A stretch of 32,000 nucleotides of DNA. It comes from Candidatus Saccharimonadota bacterium (GTDB lineage Bacteria > Pseudomonadota > Gammaproteobacteria > Enterobacterales > Enterobacteriaceae_A). Positions 19,520 through 28,403 of the stretch are shown piece by piece. A program made the translations under genes and the position numbers. The stretch is taken from NCBI GenBank assembly GCA_030849285.1, contig CP102982.1, forward strand, positions 60,001-92,000, read 5' to 3'. The stretch's first letter is position 1, and every line of letters starts with the position of its first letter. The notes under the pieces are model-generated. The model saw nothing but the letters and a program-made list of their open reading frames with translations, was not told the DNA's origin and ran no database searches.

Positions 19520-20746
19520 ATGATAAATCAAGATTTATTAAAATATAATTATTTAATAAAAACAAAGAAAAAATTAAAATTTAAAAATTTTATTTTAAAT
19601 ATAGAATTATTAATTTTTAAAAAAAAATATAAAAAAATAATACAATTAAAAATAGAAAAATTACAAACAAAAAAAAAAAATAAACAAAATATTAAAAAAA
19701 AAAATATTAAAAATAAAAAAAAAATTTTAGAAAATTGTAAGATAAATTTAATAAAATATTTATCAATTATACCAAATTTACCAGATAATTCAATTTTAAA
19801 TGAAAAAAATATTAAAAATAAAATAATTAAATTATGGGGTAAACCTATTAAAAAAAAATATAAAATAAATAATCATATTGAAATTGGAAAAAACCTTAAT
19901 GGTTTAGATTTTAAAACATCAATAAAATTAAGTGGTTCACGTTTTGTAATAATGAAAAATAAAATTGCTAAATTACATAGAGCACTTATTCAATTTATGA
20001 TAGATTTACACACTGAAAAACATGGTTATACTGAAATTTATGTTCCTTATTTAGTAAATAAAAAAACTTTATATTGTACTGGACAATTACCTAAATTTAA
20101 TAAAAATTTACTACATGTCAAATTTTATAACAAATTAAATAAAAAAAATAAATATACTTTAATACCAACAGGAGAAATACCACTAACTAATTTATTTAAT
20201 AATAAAATTATAGAAAAGAAAAAATTACCTATTAAATTAATAACTCATACCCCTTGTTTTAGAGCAGAAAACTCATCATATGGTAAAAAAAATAAAGGTT
20301 TAATTAGAATGCATCAATTTGATAAAGTAGAAATGGTTCAAATAGTAACAAATAAATTTTCTAAAAATGTTTTAGAAGAAATTACAAAACATGCAGAAAA
20401 AATTTTAAAATTATTAAATTTACCATATAGAAAAATTTTAATATGTGCAAAAAAATTAGGTTTTAGTTCATCAAAAACATATGATTTAGAAGTTTGGATG
20501 CCATCACAAAAAAAATATTGCGAAATTTCATCATGTTCAAATATTTTAGATTTTCAATCAAGACGTATGAATACTAAATATAAAAATAAAAATAAAAAAT
20601 TATATGTACATACTTTAAATGGTTCAGGTTTAGCTATTAGTAGAACATTAGCTGCAATTTTAGAAAATTATCAAAAACAAGATGGTAAAATTGAAATACC
20701 TAAAATATTATATCCATATATGAATAGCTTAAAATATATATTTTAA
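19520..20746 (+). CDS. serS: Serine--tRNA ligase
   Basis: LDF....KLSGSRFV.MK..IAKLHRALIQFM.DLHTEKHGYTE.YVPYLVN, TGQLPKF, LIPTGE.PLTN, PIKL..HTPCFR.E..SYG....GLIRMHQFDKVEMVQIV, LPYRK...C....GF...KTYDLEVWMP.Q..Y.EISSCSN..DFQ.RRM and HTLNGSGLA..RTL.A.LENYQ are present. The ORF track starts at 19502. The E. coli alignment (MLDPNLL vs MINQDLL) and an AAGGA 8 nt upstream favour the ATG at 19520. Confidence 0.94.
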   Translation: MINQDLLKYNYLIKTKKKLKFKNFILNIELLIFKKKYKKIIQLKIEKLQTKKKNKQNIKKKNIKNKKKILENCKINLIKYLSIIPNLPDNSILNEKNIKNKIIKLWGKPIKKKYKINNHIEIGKNLNGLDFKTSIKLSGSRFVIMKNKIAKLHRALIQFMIDLHTEKHGYTEIYVPYLVNKKTLYCTGQLPKFNKNLLHVKFYNKLNKKNKYTLIPTGEIPLTNLFNNKIIEKKKLPIKLITHTPCFRAENSSYGKKNKGLIRMHQFDKVEMVQIVTNKFSKNVLEEITKHAEKILKLLNLPYRKILICAKKLGFSSSKTYDLEVWMPSQKKYCEISSCSNILDFQSRRMNTKYKNKNKKLYVHTLNGSGLAISRTLAAILENYQKQDGKIEIPKILYPYMNSLKYIF

Positions 20747-20782
20747 AATATTATTAATAATTAAATAATTATTACTTTAAAT

Positions 20783-21517
20783 TTACCAATATCTTTCAAT
20801 TGTTATATTATTTTTATATATATCCATATTTCGTAATTTTAATAATATATTTTTAGTTTCTTTTATCATTAAAGGATTTCCACAAAGCATAATATGACTT
20901 TTTTTATAATTTAAACCTAAACCAATAATTTTTTCTAAAATTCCATTATATATAAGATTATTAATACGTCCTTTTAAAGTTCCGTAAATATTTTCTTGAC
21001 TAATAATATTTAAAACTCTTAATTTACCATAATAATTATCTCTTAATTTTTTAATTTCAAAATTATAATTACAATTTTTAATAAATTTATTAGAATTAAT
21101 TAAAATTAAATTTTTAAATCTTTCTAAATTTTTATTTTCTCTTAATATTGATAAATAAGGTCCTATACCAGTACCAGAACTAATCATCCATAATGTATCA
21201 CAATTAGGTATCTTTTTTAATATAAAAACTCCAAATGATTTATTTGATATTAATATTTTTGACCCAATTTTTAAATTAAATAATTTATAACTTAATTTAC
21301 CATTAGGGATAAATAAAATATAAAATTCTAAAATTAAATTATTAGAAGAATTAACAAATGAATATGCACGATTAATAATTTTTTTTTTTTTTATAAAAGC
21401 AATTTTTGTAAATTGACCAGATATAAATTTATTAATAGAAGCTTTAATAAAAATTTTAAATAATTTATTATAATATTTTTTAATTTTTAAAACTTTTCCA
21501 ATAACCCAATTATTCAT
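20783..21517 (-). CDS. fpr: Flavodoxin/ferredoxin--NADP+ reductase
   Basis: 244 aa. WV.GKV, SGQFTK, RAYS.VNS, LEFY, PNGKLS, LWM...GTGIGPYLSIL, RFKNL.L, HIMLCGNP.M and the terminal ERYW are collinear with E. coli Fpr (terminal HYW). Confidence 0.9.
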   Translation of the reverse strand: MNNWVIGKVLKIKKYYNKLFKIFIKASINKFISGQFTKIAFIKKKKIINRAYSFVNSSNNLILEFYILFIPNGKLSYKLFNLKIGSKILISNKSFGVFILKKIPNCDTLWMISSGTGIGPYLSILRENKNLERFKNLILINSNKFIKNCNYNFEIKKLRDNYYGKLRVLNIISQENIYGTLKGRINNLIYNGILEKIIGLGLNYKKSHIMLCGNPLMIKETKNILLKLRNMDIYKNNITIERYW

Positions 21518-21644
21518 TTAAATATCCAATATAATAATTTTAAAATAATAATTTATTTATATATATATATATAAATTAATAAAAAAAATTTAAAATAACT
21601 AAATTATAAATGTATTTAATAAATAATAATAAAATTTAAAATAA

Positions 21645-22730
21645 TCAAAATGTTTTGAATTCAATTATACCACCTCCTAAACAAAATTTATTTAAATAGA
21701 ATACGACAAATTGACCTTTAGTTATAGATATAATTGGTTTTTTAAAATAAATAATAACATATTTAGAATCAATAGGTATAATAATACAAATATTATATTT
21801 TTGTTTATATCTTATTTTAATAAAACATATTAAAGGTTTTAATAAAATTTTATTTATATTCCAATAAATTTTTTTTGCAACTAAATTTTTAGAATTTAAT
21901 AAATAATGTTTTTTATTTTGAACAATAATTAAATTATTTTGAATTTTTTCAATTACATACCAAGGGTTTTTATTTTTATTAATACTACCAATACATAAAC
22001 CCTTTCTTTGTCCTATAGTATAATATATAATACCTTTATGAGTATTAATAATTTGATTATTTTTAGTAATTATAAAACCTGGTTTTATATATAAAAAAGA
22101 ATTTATAAAATTATTAAAATTTTTTTTACCTATAAAACAAATTCCTGTTGAATCTTTTTTATCATAATTAATTAATTTAAGTTTTTTAGCAATATAACGT
22201 AATTCTTTTTTTTTAAGAAAACAAATTGGGAATAAAATTTTTTTTAATTTTTTAAATTCTAAATTATGTAAAAAATAACTTTGATCTTTATTATTATCAA
22301 ATGAATTTAAAAGATAAAAAATATTTTTTATTTTTTTAATATAAGAATAATGACCTGTTGCTATATAATCTGATTTTAAATTATTAATAGCAAAATTAAA
22401 AAATATTTTAAATTTAATTTCTTTATTACATAAAATATCAGGATTAGGAGTATTCCCGGCTTTATATTCTTTTAAAAAAAAAACAAAAACATTCTCCCAA
22501 TACTCTGTTGAAAAATTAATTTTTTTTAAAATTACATTAAATTTATAACAAACTTTTTTTGAATCATATAAATCTTTATTAAAATTACATTTTTTAATAT
22601 TATTATCCCAATTTTTCATATAAATTGCTATTACCTCATAACCCATTTTTATTAAAATATAAATAGCAATAGATGAATCTACACCACCTGAAATACCAAC
22701 AATAACTTTTTTAATATTATTTAAAATCAT
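21645..22730 (-). CDS. mnmA: tRNA-specific 2-thiouridylase (tRNA s2U34 synthesis)
   Basis: The PP-loop is KKVIVGISGGVDSS. YMKNW, the segment EYKAGNTPNPDILCNKEIKF, YIATGHY, DQSYFL, DSTGICFIG and TIGQRKGL are present. The ORF track begins at 22793, but its first 21 codons have no MnmA counterpart. The ATG at 22730 (MILNNIKKVIVG) matches the E. coli N-terminus and length. This is the only gene here ending in TGA. Confidence 0.92.
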   Translation of the reverse strand: MILNNIKKVIVGISGGVDSSIAIYILIKMGYEVIAIYMKNWDNNIKKCNFNKDLYDSKKVCYKFNVILKKINFSTEYWENVFVFFLKEYKAGNTPNPDILCNKEIKFKIFFNFAINNLKSDYIATGHYSYIKKIKNIFYLLNSFDNNKDQSYFLHNLEFKKLKKILFPICFLKKKELRYIAKKLKLINYDKKDSTGICFIGKKNFNNFINSFLYIKPGFIITKNNQIINTHKGIIYYTIGQRKGLCIGSINKNKNPWYVIEKIQNNLIIVQNKKHYLLNSKNLVAKKIYWNINKILLKPLICFIKIRYKQKYNICIIIPIDSKYVIIYFKKPIISITKGQFVVFYLNKFCLGGGIIEFKTF

Positions 22731-22905
22731 ATATTTCTCATAATTTAATAAATTAAATTTAAATATTTTAAAAATATTATAATAATTATGCAAAACATTT
22801 ATAAAATAATAATTAAGTATATAAAATAATTAAAATAAAATGCTTTTTAAAATTAAATTTTACAAATATTAATTTAATTATATATAATATTATAAATTGA
22901 AAATT

Positions 22906-23493
22906 ATGCAAATCAAAAAAGTTGCTGAAACTAAACTCCCAACCCCTTGGGGGGAATTTATGATGATTGGGTTTAAAGAATTAAAATCAGGAAAAGATCA
23001 TTTAGCTTTAATATTAGGGGATATTAAAAAAGAAAAATCAGTATTATCTAGGATACATTCTGAATGTTTAACAGGAGATGCTTTATTTAGTTTAAGATGT
23101 GATTGTGGTTTTCAATTAAAATATGCGTTTAAAAAGTTTAAAAAAGAGGGTAGTGGGGTTTTATTATACCATAGACAAGAAGGAAGAAATATTGGATTAT
23201 TAAATAAAATAAAAGCTTATTCTTTACAAGATAAAGGTTTAGATACAGTTGAAGCTAATCATAAATTAGGATTCGCAGATGATGAAAGAGATTTTTCTTT
23301 ATGTGCTGATATGTTTAAATTAATTAATGTATATAAAATTCGTTTATTAACAAATAATCCTAAAAAAATAAAAATTTTAATTAAATATGGAATTACAGTT
23401 ACTGAAAGATTACCTTTAGTAACAGGACTTAATTCTAAAAACAAAAAATATTTAAAAATTAAAAAAAAAAAAATGGGTCATTTATTTAAATAA
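22906..23493 (+). CDS. ribA: GTP cyclohydrolase II (riboflavin synthesis)
   Basis: [98 protein letters not shown] and KKMGHLF are almost position-for-position with E. coli RibA (196 aa as recalled). The ORF track starts at TTG 22897. The ATG at 22906 matches the E. coli start. Confidence 0.96.
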   Translation: MQIKKVAETKLPTPWGEFMMIGFKELKSGKDHLALILGDIKKEKSVLSRIHSECLTGDALFSLRCDCGFQLKYAFKKFKKEGSGVLLYHRQEGRNIGLLNKIKAYSLQDKGLDTVEANHKLGFADDERDFSLCADMFKLINVYKIRLLTNNPKKIKILIKYGITVTERLPLVTGLNSKNKKYLKIKKKKMGHLFK

Positions 23494-23508
23494 AATAATA
23501 TTAATAAA

Positions 23509-24033
23509 TTAAATAATTATATTATTTAATTTTAAATCTTTTTTTAAATTAATTATCCATTTATTAATTCTAATATTAGTTAATTTTGGTTGTCTATCTT
23601 CATCAATTGCTAATCCTATAAATTTATTATTATTTAACAAACTTTTTGATTTTTCAAAAAAATATCCCGAATTTTCCCAATATCCTATTATATTCGCTTT
23701 TAATGGATATATAATATCATAAATACATTTCATAGCATCACAAAAATATTCAGAATAATCTTCTTGATCTCCACAACCAAATAATGCAACATATTTATTA
23801 TTAAAATTAATTTTTTTAAGTATAGGAAAAAAATTATACCAATCATTTTGAGGTTCTCCATAATACCAAGTAGGTATACCAAATAATAATATATTATAAA
23901 ATTCAACTGTTTTTTTATTAACATTAGATATATTATAAATTTTCGAATTTTTATTAATTTTTTTTTGTATAATTTTAGCTATTTTTTTTGTATTACCTGT
24001 ATCACTTCCATAAAAAATACCTATATTATTCAT
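23509..24033 (-). CDS. fldA: Flavodoxin 1
   Basis: 174 aa. GIFYGSDTGNT..IAK.IQK, ILLFGIPTWYYGE.Q.DW..FFP, VALFGCGDQEDY.EYFCDA and FIGLAIDEDRQP.LT are collinear with E. coli FldA. Confidence 0.95.
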   Translation of the reverse strand: MNNIGIFYGSDTGNTKKIAKIIQKKINKNSKIYNISNVNKKTVEFYNILLFGIPTWYYGEPQNDWYNFFPILKKINFNNKYVALFGCGDQEDYSEYFCDAMKCIYDIIYPLKANIIGYWENSGYFFEKSKSLLNNNKFIGLAIDEDRQPKLTNIRINKWIINLKKDLKLNNIII

Positions 24034-24164
24034 TAAAATTCCTTTTTAAATAATTTAAATATTAATTAAATTTAATTTTAATTTTTATTTAATATTTAAA
24101 ATATAAACTTGATTATTTATAAATATTATAATATAATTAATGTTGAATATTTAAAAATTTTAAT

Positions 24165-24238
24165 AGCTACGTAGCTCAGTTGGTTAGAGCACATTACTCA
24201 TAATGATGAGGTCACAGGTTCAAATCCTGTCGTAGCTA
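24165..24238 (+). tRNA. metT: tRNA-Met, elongator type (anticodon CAU), CCA not encoded
   Basis: AGCTACGTAGCTCAGTTGGTTAGAGCACATTACTCATAATGATGAGGTCACAGGTTCAAATCCTGTCGTAGCTA. The anticodon loop is CTCATAA. The sequence tracks E. coli metT (elongator) rather than ileX or initiator tRNA as I recall them. Confidence 0.9.
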
Positions 24239-24244
24239 TTTAAT

Positions 24245-24327
24245 ACGGGAGTGGCGAAAATTGGTAGACGCATCAGATTTAGGATCTGACACTATATAGT
24301 GTACGAGTTCAAGTCTCGTCTCCCGTA
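24245..24327 (+). tRNA. leuW: tRNA-Leu (anticodon UAG), long variable arm, CCA not encoded
   Basis: ACGGGAGTGGCGAAAATTGGTAGACGCATCAGATTTAGGATCTGACACTATATAGTGTACGAGTTCAAGTCTCGTCTCCCGTA. The anticodon stem-loop is TCAGA-TTTAGGA-TCTGA. It resembles E. coli leuW. Confidence 0.95.
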
Positions 24328-24332
24328 TAAAA

Positions 24333-24404
24333 TGAGGTGTAGCCAAGTGGTTAAGGCACCGGTTTTTGATACCGGCATCCCTGGTTCAAATCCAGGCACC
24401 TCAG
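24333..24404 (+). tRNA. glnU: tRNA-Gln (anticodon UUG), U1:A72, discriminator G, CCA not encoded
   Basis: TGAGGTGTAGCCAAGTGGTTAAGGCACCGGTTTTTGATACCGGCATCCCTGGTTCAAATCCAGGCACCTCAG. The anticodon loop is TTTTGAT. The order Met-Leu-Gln matches the start of the E. coli metT-leuW-glnU operon. Confidence 0.95.
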
Positions 24405-24460
24405 AATATATAATATTATTTACAAAATTTAAATTATTTAAATTTTATATAATTTTAAAA

Positions 24461-25792
24461 TTATTTTAAATATGGGTTATTATTTTCTTTAAATTTTAAT
24501 AAAATTTGAGTACCTAAAATGTTAAATGATTTTTTAAAATAATTAATTAAATATTTTTTATATAAATTTGAAATATTTTTAACCTTATTACCATGTATAA
24601 CAATAGTGAATGGGTCATGACTTCCTAAATGTGCGTATTTTAATTTTATATTTTGACCTTTAAATACCGGAGGTTGATGTTTTATAATTGCGTTATTCAT
24701 AATTTTATTTAATAAAGATGTATTTATTTTTTTTTTAGAAGAATAATAAGTTAAATTTATTGATTCAAATAATTTATTTACTCCTACCCCATATAATCCT
24801 GAAATAAATTTTATTAAAATATTTTTAACAAATTTTAAACGATTATCAATAATATTCTTAATTTTAATATAATTAAATTTATTAATTTTATCTAATTTAT
24901 TAAATACTATTATTAAAGAACGGCTATTTTTAATTATAAAATTAATTAAAAATAAATCTTTATTAGATATACCATTATTAATATCGATTAAAAGTAATAT
25001 TATATCAGATTTTTTAATTATTTTAAAAACTTTATTTAAATTTAAAATATTTTTTTTTATATTTTTAATTTTTGTAATTCCAGGAGTATCTATAATAATA
25101 TATTTAATATTTTTATAAATAACCGGGATATAAATAAAATCAATAGTTGTACCAGGTAAATTATGTACAATCATTCTTTCTTCATTTAATATATAATTTA
25201 TTAAAGTAGATTTACCAACATTAGAGTTACCTACAATAGCAATTTTAATTGGATATTTATTTTTAATATTTTTATTAAATACAAACCCACTTTTTTTTTT
25301 TTCCAAAAATAAACAAATTTTTTTAAAAAGAAAATTAACACCATAACCATTGTAAGCAGAAATTGGATATATTTCTTTAGTTAAACCAAGAGAGTGAAAA
25401 TTTAAATTTTCTATTTTATAATTTAATTTATCTATTTTATTTGCAACTAAAAAAATTTTTTTTTTATATTCATAAATATATTTATTAAATATTTTATCTT
25501 CTTGTAATAAACCATCAAAAGCATTTACTAAAAATAATATAATATTACTATTTTTAATAGATAAAAAAGTTTGAGCTGCTACTTTAATTTGTATTTCATT
25601 TTTAAAATCATTAACACCTCCAGTATCAATAATCAAAAATTTTTTATTTTTAATATTAATATAACCATAATTACGATCTCTTGTTAAATTTTTAGAATTA
25701 TTTACTAAAGATTTTTTTTTACATAATAAATAATTAAATAAAGTAGATTTACCAACATTTGATCTTCCAATAATTGTTATAATAGGTATCAA
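24461..25792 (-). CDS. der: Ribosome-biogenesis GTPase Der (EngA), two tandem GTPase domains
   Basis: 443 aa. Two G1 motifs are present (GRSNVGKSTLFN and GNSNVGKSTLIN), with DTGG and DTPG, NK.D twice, and the KH-like C-terminal segment (HQPP, IKLKYAH.G...P....IHGN.V, YK.YL.NYF.KS). The start is TTG at 25792, with GGAG 6 nt upstream. Confidence 0.94.
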   Translation of the reverse strand: MIPIITIIGRSNVGKSTLFNYLLCKKKSLVNNSKNLTRDRNYGYINIKNKKFLIIDTGGVNDFKNEIQIKVAAQTFLSIKNSNIILFLVNAFDGLLQEDKIFNKYIYEYKKKIFLVANKIDKLNYKIENLNFHSLGLTKEIYPISAYNGYGVNFLFKKICLFLEKKKSGFVFNKNIKNKYPIKIAIVGNSNVGKSTLINYILNEERMIVHNLPGTTIDFIYIPVIYKNIKYIIIDTPGITKIKNIKKNILNLNKVFKIIKKSDIILLLIDINNGISNKDLFLINFIIKNSRSLIIVFNKLDKINKFNYIKIKNIIDNRLKFVKNILIKFISGLYGVGVNKLFESINLTYYSSKKKINTSLLNKIMNNAIIKHQPPVFKGQNIKLKYAHLGSHDPFTIVIHGNKVKNISNLYKKYLINYFKKSFNILGTQILLKFKENNNPYLK

Positions 25793-25828
25793 TATAACTC
25801 CGATTATTTAAAATAAAATATTATTAAA

Positions 25829-27118
25829 TTAAAATAATTTTTTAAAAAATAATATTTTTAAATATATAATAATTTCATTTTTAGGTAATATTAATTGTAT
25901 TTTATTATTTATATTTTTAATAATTAATATTTGATTATATAATTCGTTTTCTCCTATTATTATAACAAAATTTGAAAACATTTTACAAGAATTAATTAAT
26001 TGTTTTTTAATATTAAAATTATTATAATTTGTAAATAATCTTAAATTTGGCAATTTATTATGAATATATTCAACTAATTTTATCACATTAAATTTAATAT
26101 TAAAAGTATTAAATGAAATTATATTAATATTTATTTTTGAATTATATTTTAAAATATTTTTAGTTTTTTTTATTAATAATATTAATCTTTCAAGACCAAT
26201 TGCGCAACCTATAGCAGGGGTTTTATAACCTCCTAAATTTTCAACTAATTTATCATATCTTCCACCACCACAAATAGTACTTTTAAAATTTATATTTTTT
26301 GTTACCCATTCAAAAACTGTATAATTATAATAATCTAAACCTCGGATAATACTTTTATTTATATTATATTTAATACCTATATTTTTTAATATTTTACATA
26401 ATTTATAAAAATGAATTTTAGATTTTTTACTTAAATATTTATAAATACATGGTATTTTTTTAATTAATTTTTGTATTTTAATATTTTTAGAGTCTAATAT
26501 ATGTATTGGGTTTTTATATATTTTTTCAATATTTTCTGAATTTAATAATTTAATATTTTTTTTAAAAAAATTAATTAAAACATTATTATATTTAATTCTA
26601 CTTTTAATAGATCCTATTGTATTTATTTCTAACGAAAAATATTTTAATAAACCTAATTTTTTCCATATTCTTGAAATTATTAAAATTAATTCAGCATCTA
26701 TTTGAGGGCCAATTAAACCAAAAACTTCAATTCCTAATTGATTAAATTGACGATATCTACCATTTTGAGGTCTTTCATAACGAAACATAGGACCAATATA
26801 CCACAAACGCTGTTCTTTTTTATATAAAAATCCATGTTCAATACCTGATCTAACACAACTAACAGTTGCTTCTGGTCTTAAAGTTATACTATTCATATTA
26901 CGATCATTAAAAGTAAACATTTCTTTTTTAATTACATCTGTTTCATTTCCAATTGCACGTTTAAATAAATTAGTTTTTTCAATAATTGGTAATCTAATTT
27001 CATTATAACCATAAGAATTAATTATTTTTATAATTAAATTTTCAGTTTTTTGCCATAAATAAATATCAATAGGTAAAAAATCATTAAAACCACGAATAGA
27101 TTTTATTTTTTTATTCAT
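25829..27118 (-). CDS. hisS: Histidine--tRNA ligase
   Basis: 429 aa. IRGFNDFLP, YNEIRLPI.E.T.LF.RAIG..TD...KEMF.F.DRN....LRPE.T....R, R.WY.GPMFRYERPQ.GRYRQF.Q.G.E.FG, GGGRYD.LVE.LGG..TPA.G.A.GLERL.LL are class-II HisRS motifs, collinear with E. coli HisS. Confidence 0.95.
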   Translation of the reverse strand: MNKKIKSIRGFNDFLPIDIYLWQKTENLIIKIINSYGYNEIRLPIIEKTNLFKRAIGNETDVIKKEMFTFNDRNMNSITLRPEATVSCVRSGIEHGFLYKKEQRLWYIGPMFRYERPQNGRYRQFNQLGIEVFGLIGPQIDAELILIISRIWKKLGLLKYFSLEINTIGSIKSRIKYNNVLINFFKKNIKLLNSENIEKIYKNPIHILDSKNIKIQKLIKKIPCIYKYLSKKSKIHFYKLCKILKNIGIKYNINKSIIRGLDYYNYTVFEWVTKNINFKSTICGGGRYDKLVENLGGYKTPAIGCAIGLERLILLIKKTKNILKYNSKININIISFNTFNIKFNVIKLVEYIHNKLPNLRLFTNYNNFNIKKQLINSCKMFSNFVIIIGENELYNQILIIKNINNKIQLILPKNEIIIYLKILFFKKLF

Positions 27119-27259
27119 AAAATTCTCAGAAATTTAAAATTATTAAAATAATAATTTTTATATATTTAATTATAATTTATAAAAATATATTATAAATAAA
27201 ATAATTATTTTATTAAAATTTTTTAAAAAAAATAAATTTAAATTATAAAAAATTAATAA

Positions 27260-28303
27260 CTAAATATTTTTTTCAAATAATTGTCCACAAGCAGCATTAA
27301 TATCAATACCTCGATTTTTTCTAATAATAACAACAAAACCATATTTTATTAATATTTTAGAAAAAATATTTATTCTTTTATAAGAACTACATTTATATTC
27401 TGATTTATTAAATTTATTCCAGGGAATTAAATTTATTTTACATAATATATTTTTTAAAATAAATGCTAATTGATGTGCATGTTTATATTTATCATTAATT
27501 CCATTTAACATAACATATTCAATTGTAACACCATTTTTGTTTGCCTTTGAATTTTTAATATAATTTTTAGCTGATTTTAAAATATTTTTAATATTATATT
27601 TCTTATTAAATGGTATTATAATATTACGTATTTTATCATTTGAAGCATGTAATGATATAGCTAATCTTATATCAACAAAATTTTTTAATTTATTTAATGC
27701 TGGAATTATACCTACAGTTGATAAGGTTATTCGACGTTTTGAAAAATTAAAACAATATTTATCACGCATAATTAATATTGAAGATATAATATTTTTTAAA
27801 TTTAACAATGGTTCTCCCATACCCATTATAACAATATTTGTTATAAAATTTAAGTTTTTTTTTTTAATAAATTTTGCAATATTCCAAATTTGACTAATAA
27901 TTTCTGATGTATTTAAATTTCTATTAAAACCTTGTTTACCAGTATAACAAAAATTACAACCAACAAAACAACCAATTTGAGATGATATACATAAAGTAAA
28001 TCTTTTTTTTTCAGGTATATAAATAGTATTAATTATTTTTTTATTTATTCCCATTATAAATTTTATTGTTCCATCATATGAATATTTTATTTTAAATATA
28101 TTTAAAGTATATATATATATAATTTTAGTAATTTTTTTTAAAATTTTTTTATTAATATTTTTAATTAAATTTAAATTATTACTATAAAAACTATAAATAT
28201 ATTTTATTATTTGTTTTGCTCTAAAAGATTTTTCCCCTAATATAATTAAAAGAAAAAAAATTTTACGATAATTAATACTTAATAAATTAATTTTTTTAAT
28301 AAT
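27260..28303 (-). CDS. rlmN: Dual-specificity 23S rRNA/tRNA adenine-C2 methyltransferase RlmN (radical SAM); inferred non-canonical ATT start
   Basis: The ORF-track piece (27260-28054) holds the radical-SAM cluster GCFVGCNFC, MGMGEPLLN, LSTVG..PAL, LAISLHA, TIEYVML, CKINLIPWN and the C-terminal catalytic-Cys context DINAACGQL. The same frame stays open for 86 more codons upstream, to a TAA at 28315-28313. That stretch encodes KINLLSIN...LGEKSFRAKQI...YDGTIKF, collinear with E. coli RlmN residues of about 17-100. It contains no ATG, GTG or TTG. ATT codons at 28303 and 28300 lie 6 and 9 nt after AAAGG (28314-28310). The gene ends in TAG. Confidence 0.8.
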   Translation of the reverse strand: MIKKINLLSINYRKIFFLLIILGEKSFRAKQIIKYIYSFYSNNLNLIKNINKKILKKITKIIYIYTLNIFKIKYSYDGTIKFIMGINKKIINTIYIPEKKRFTLCISSQIGCFVGCNFCYTGKQGFNRNLNTSEIISQIWNIAKFIKKKNLNFITNIVIMGMGEPLLNLKNIISSILIMRDKYCFNFSKRRITLSTVGIIPALNKLKNFVDIRLAISLHASNDKIRNIIIPFNKKYNIKNILKSAKNYIKNSKANKNGVTIEYVMLNGINDKYKHAHQLAFILKNILCKINLIPWNKFNKSEYKCSSYKRINIFSKILIKYGFVVIIRKNRGIDINAACGQLFEKNI

Positions 28304-28403
28304 ATTAAACCTTTAATAAAAATATTATATTAAAATTAATAAATTTTTAAATAATATTTAAAATTTTTAAATTAAAAAAAATATTTATTTATGGAATTTA
28401 TTT

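Noticed and set aside
21558-21573. (TA)8 microsatellite in the fpr-mnmA spacer, plus a shorter TA run at 28109-28120 inside rlmN.
   Set aside because: These are short, are expected from base composition, and have no associated structure or phasing with genes.
19502-22905. The longer 5' ends given by the ORF track for serS (19502), mnmA (22793) and ribA (TTG 22897), and similarly rpsA (13160).
   Set aside because: The extra N-terminal residues have no counterpart in the E. coli proteins. Internal ATGs at 19520, 22730, 22906 and possibly 13142 restore the expected N-termini. For serS the internal ATG also has a well-spaced AAGGA.
27260-28054. rlmN as an N-terminally truncated gene or pseudogene, as the 264-aa ORF call suggests.
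   Set aside because: The same frame continues stop-free for 86 codons with clear collinear similarity to the RlmN N-terminal region. A Shine-Dalgarno plus ATT is available at the top of the open frame. A full-length gene with a non-canonical start is the simpler reading, though it is unproven.
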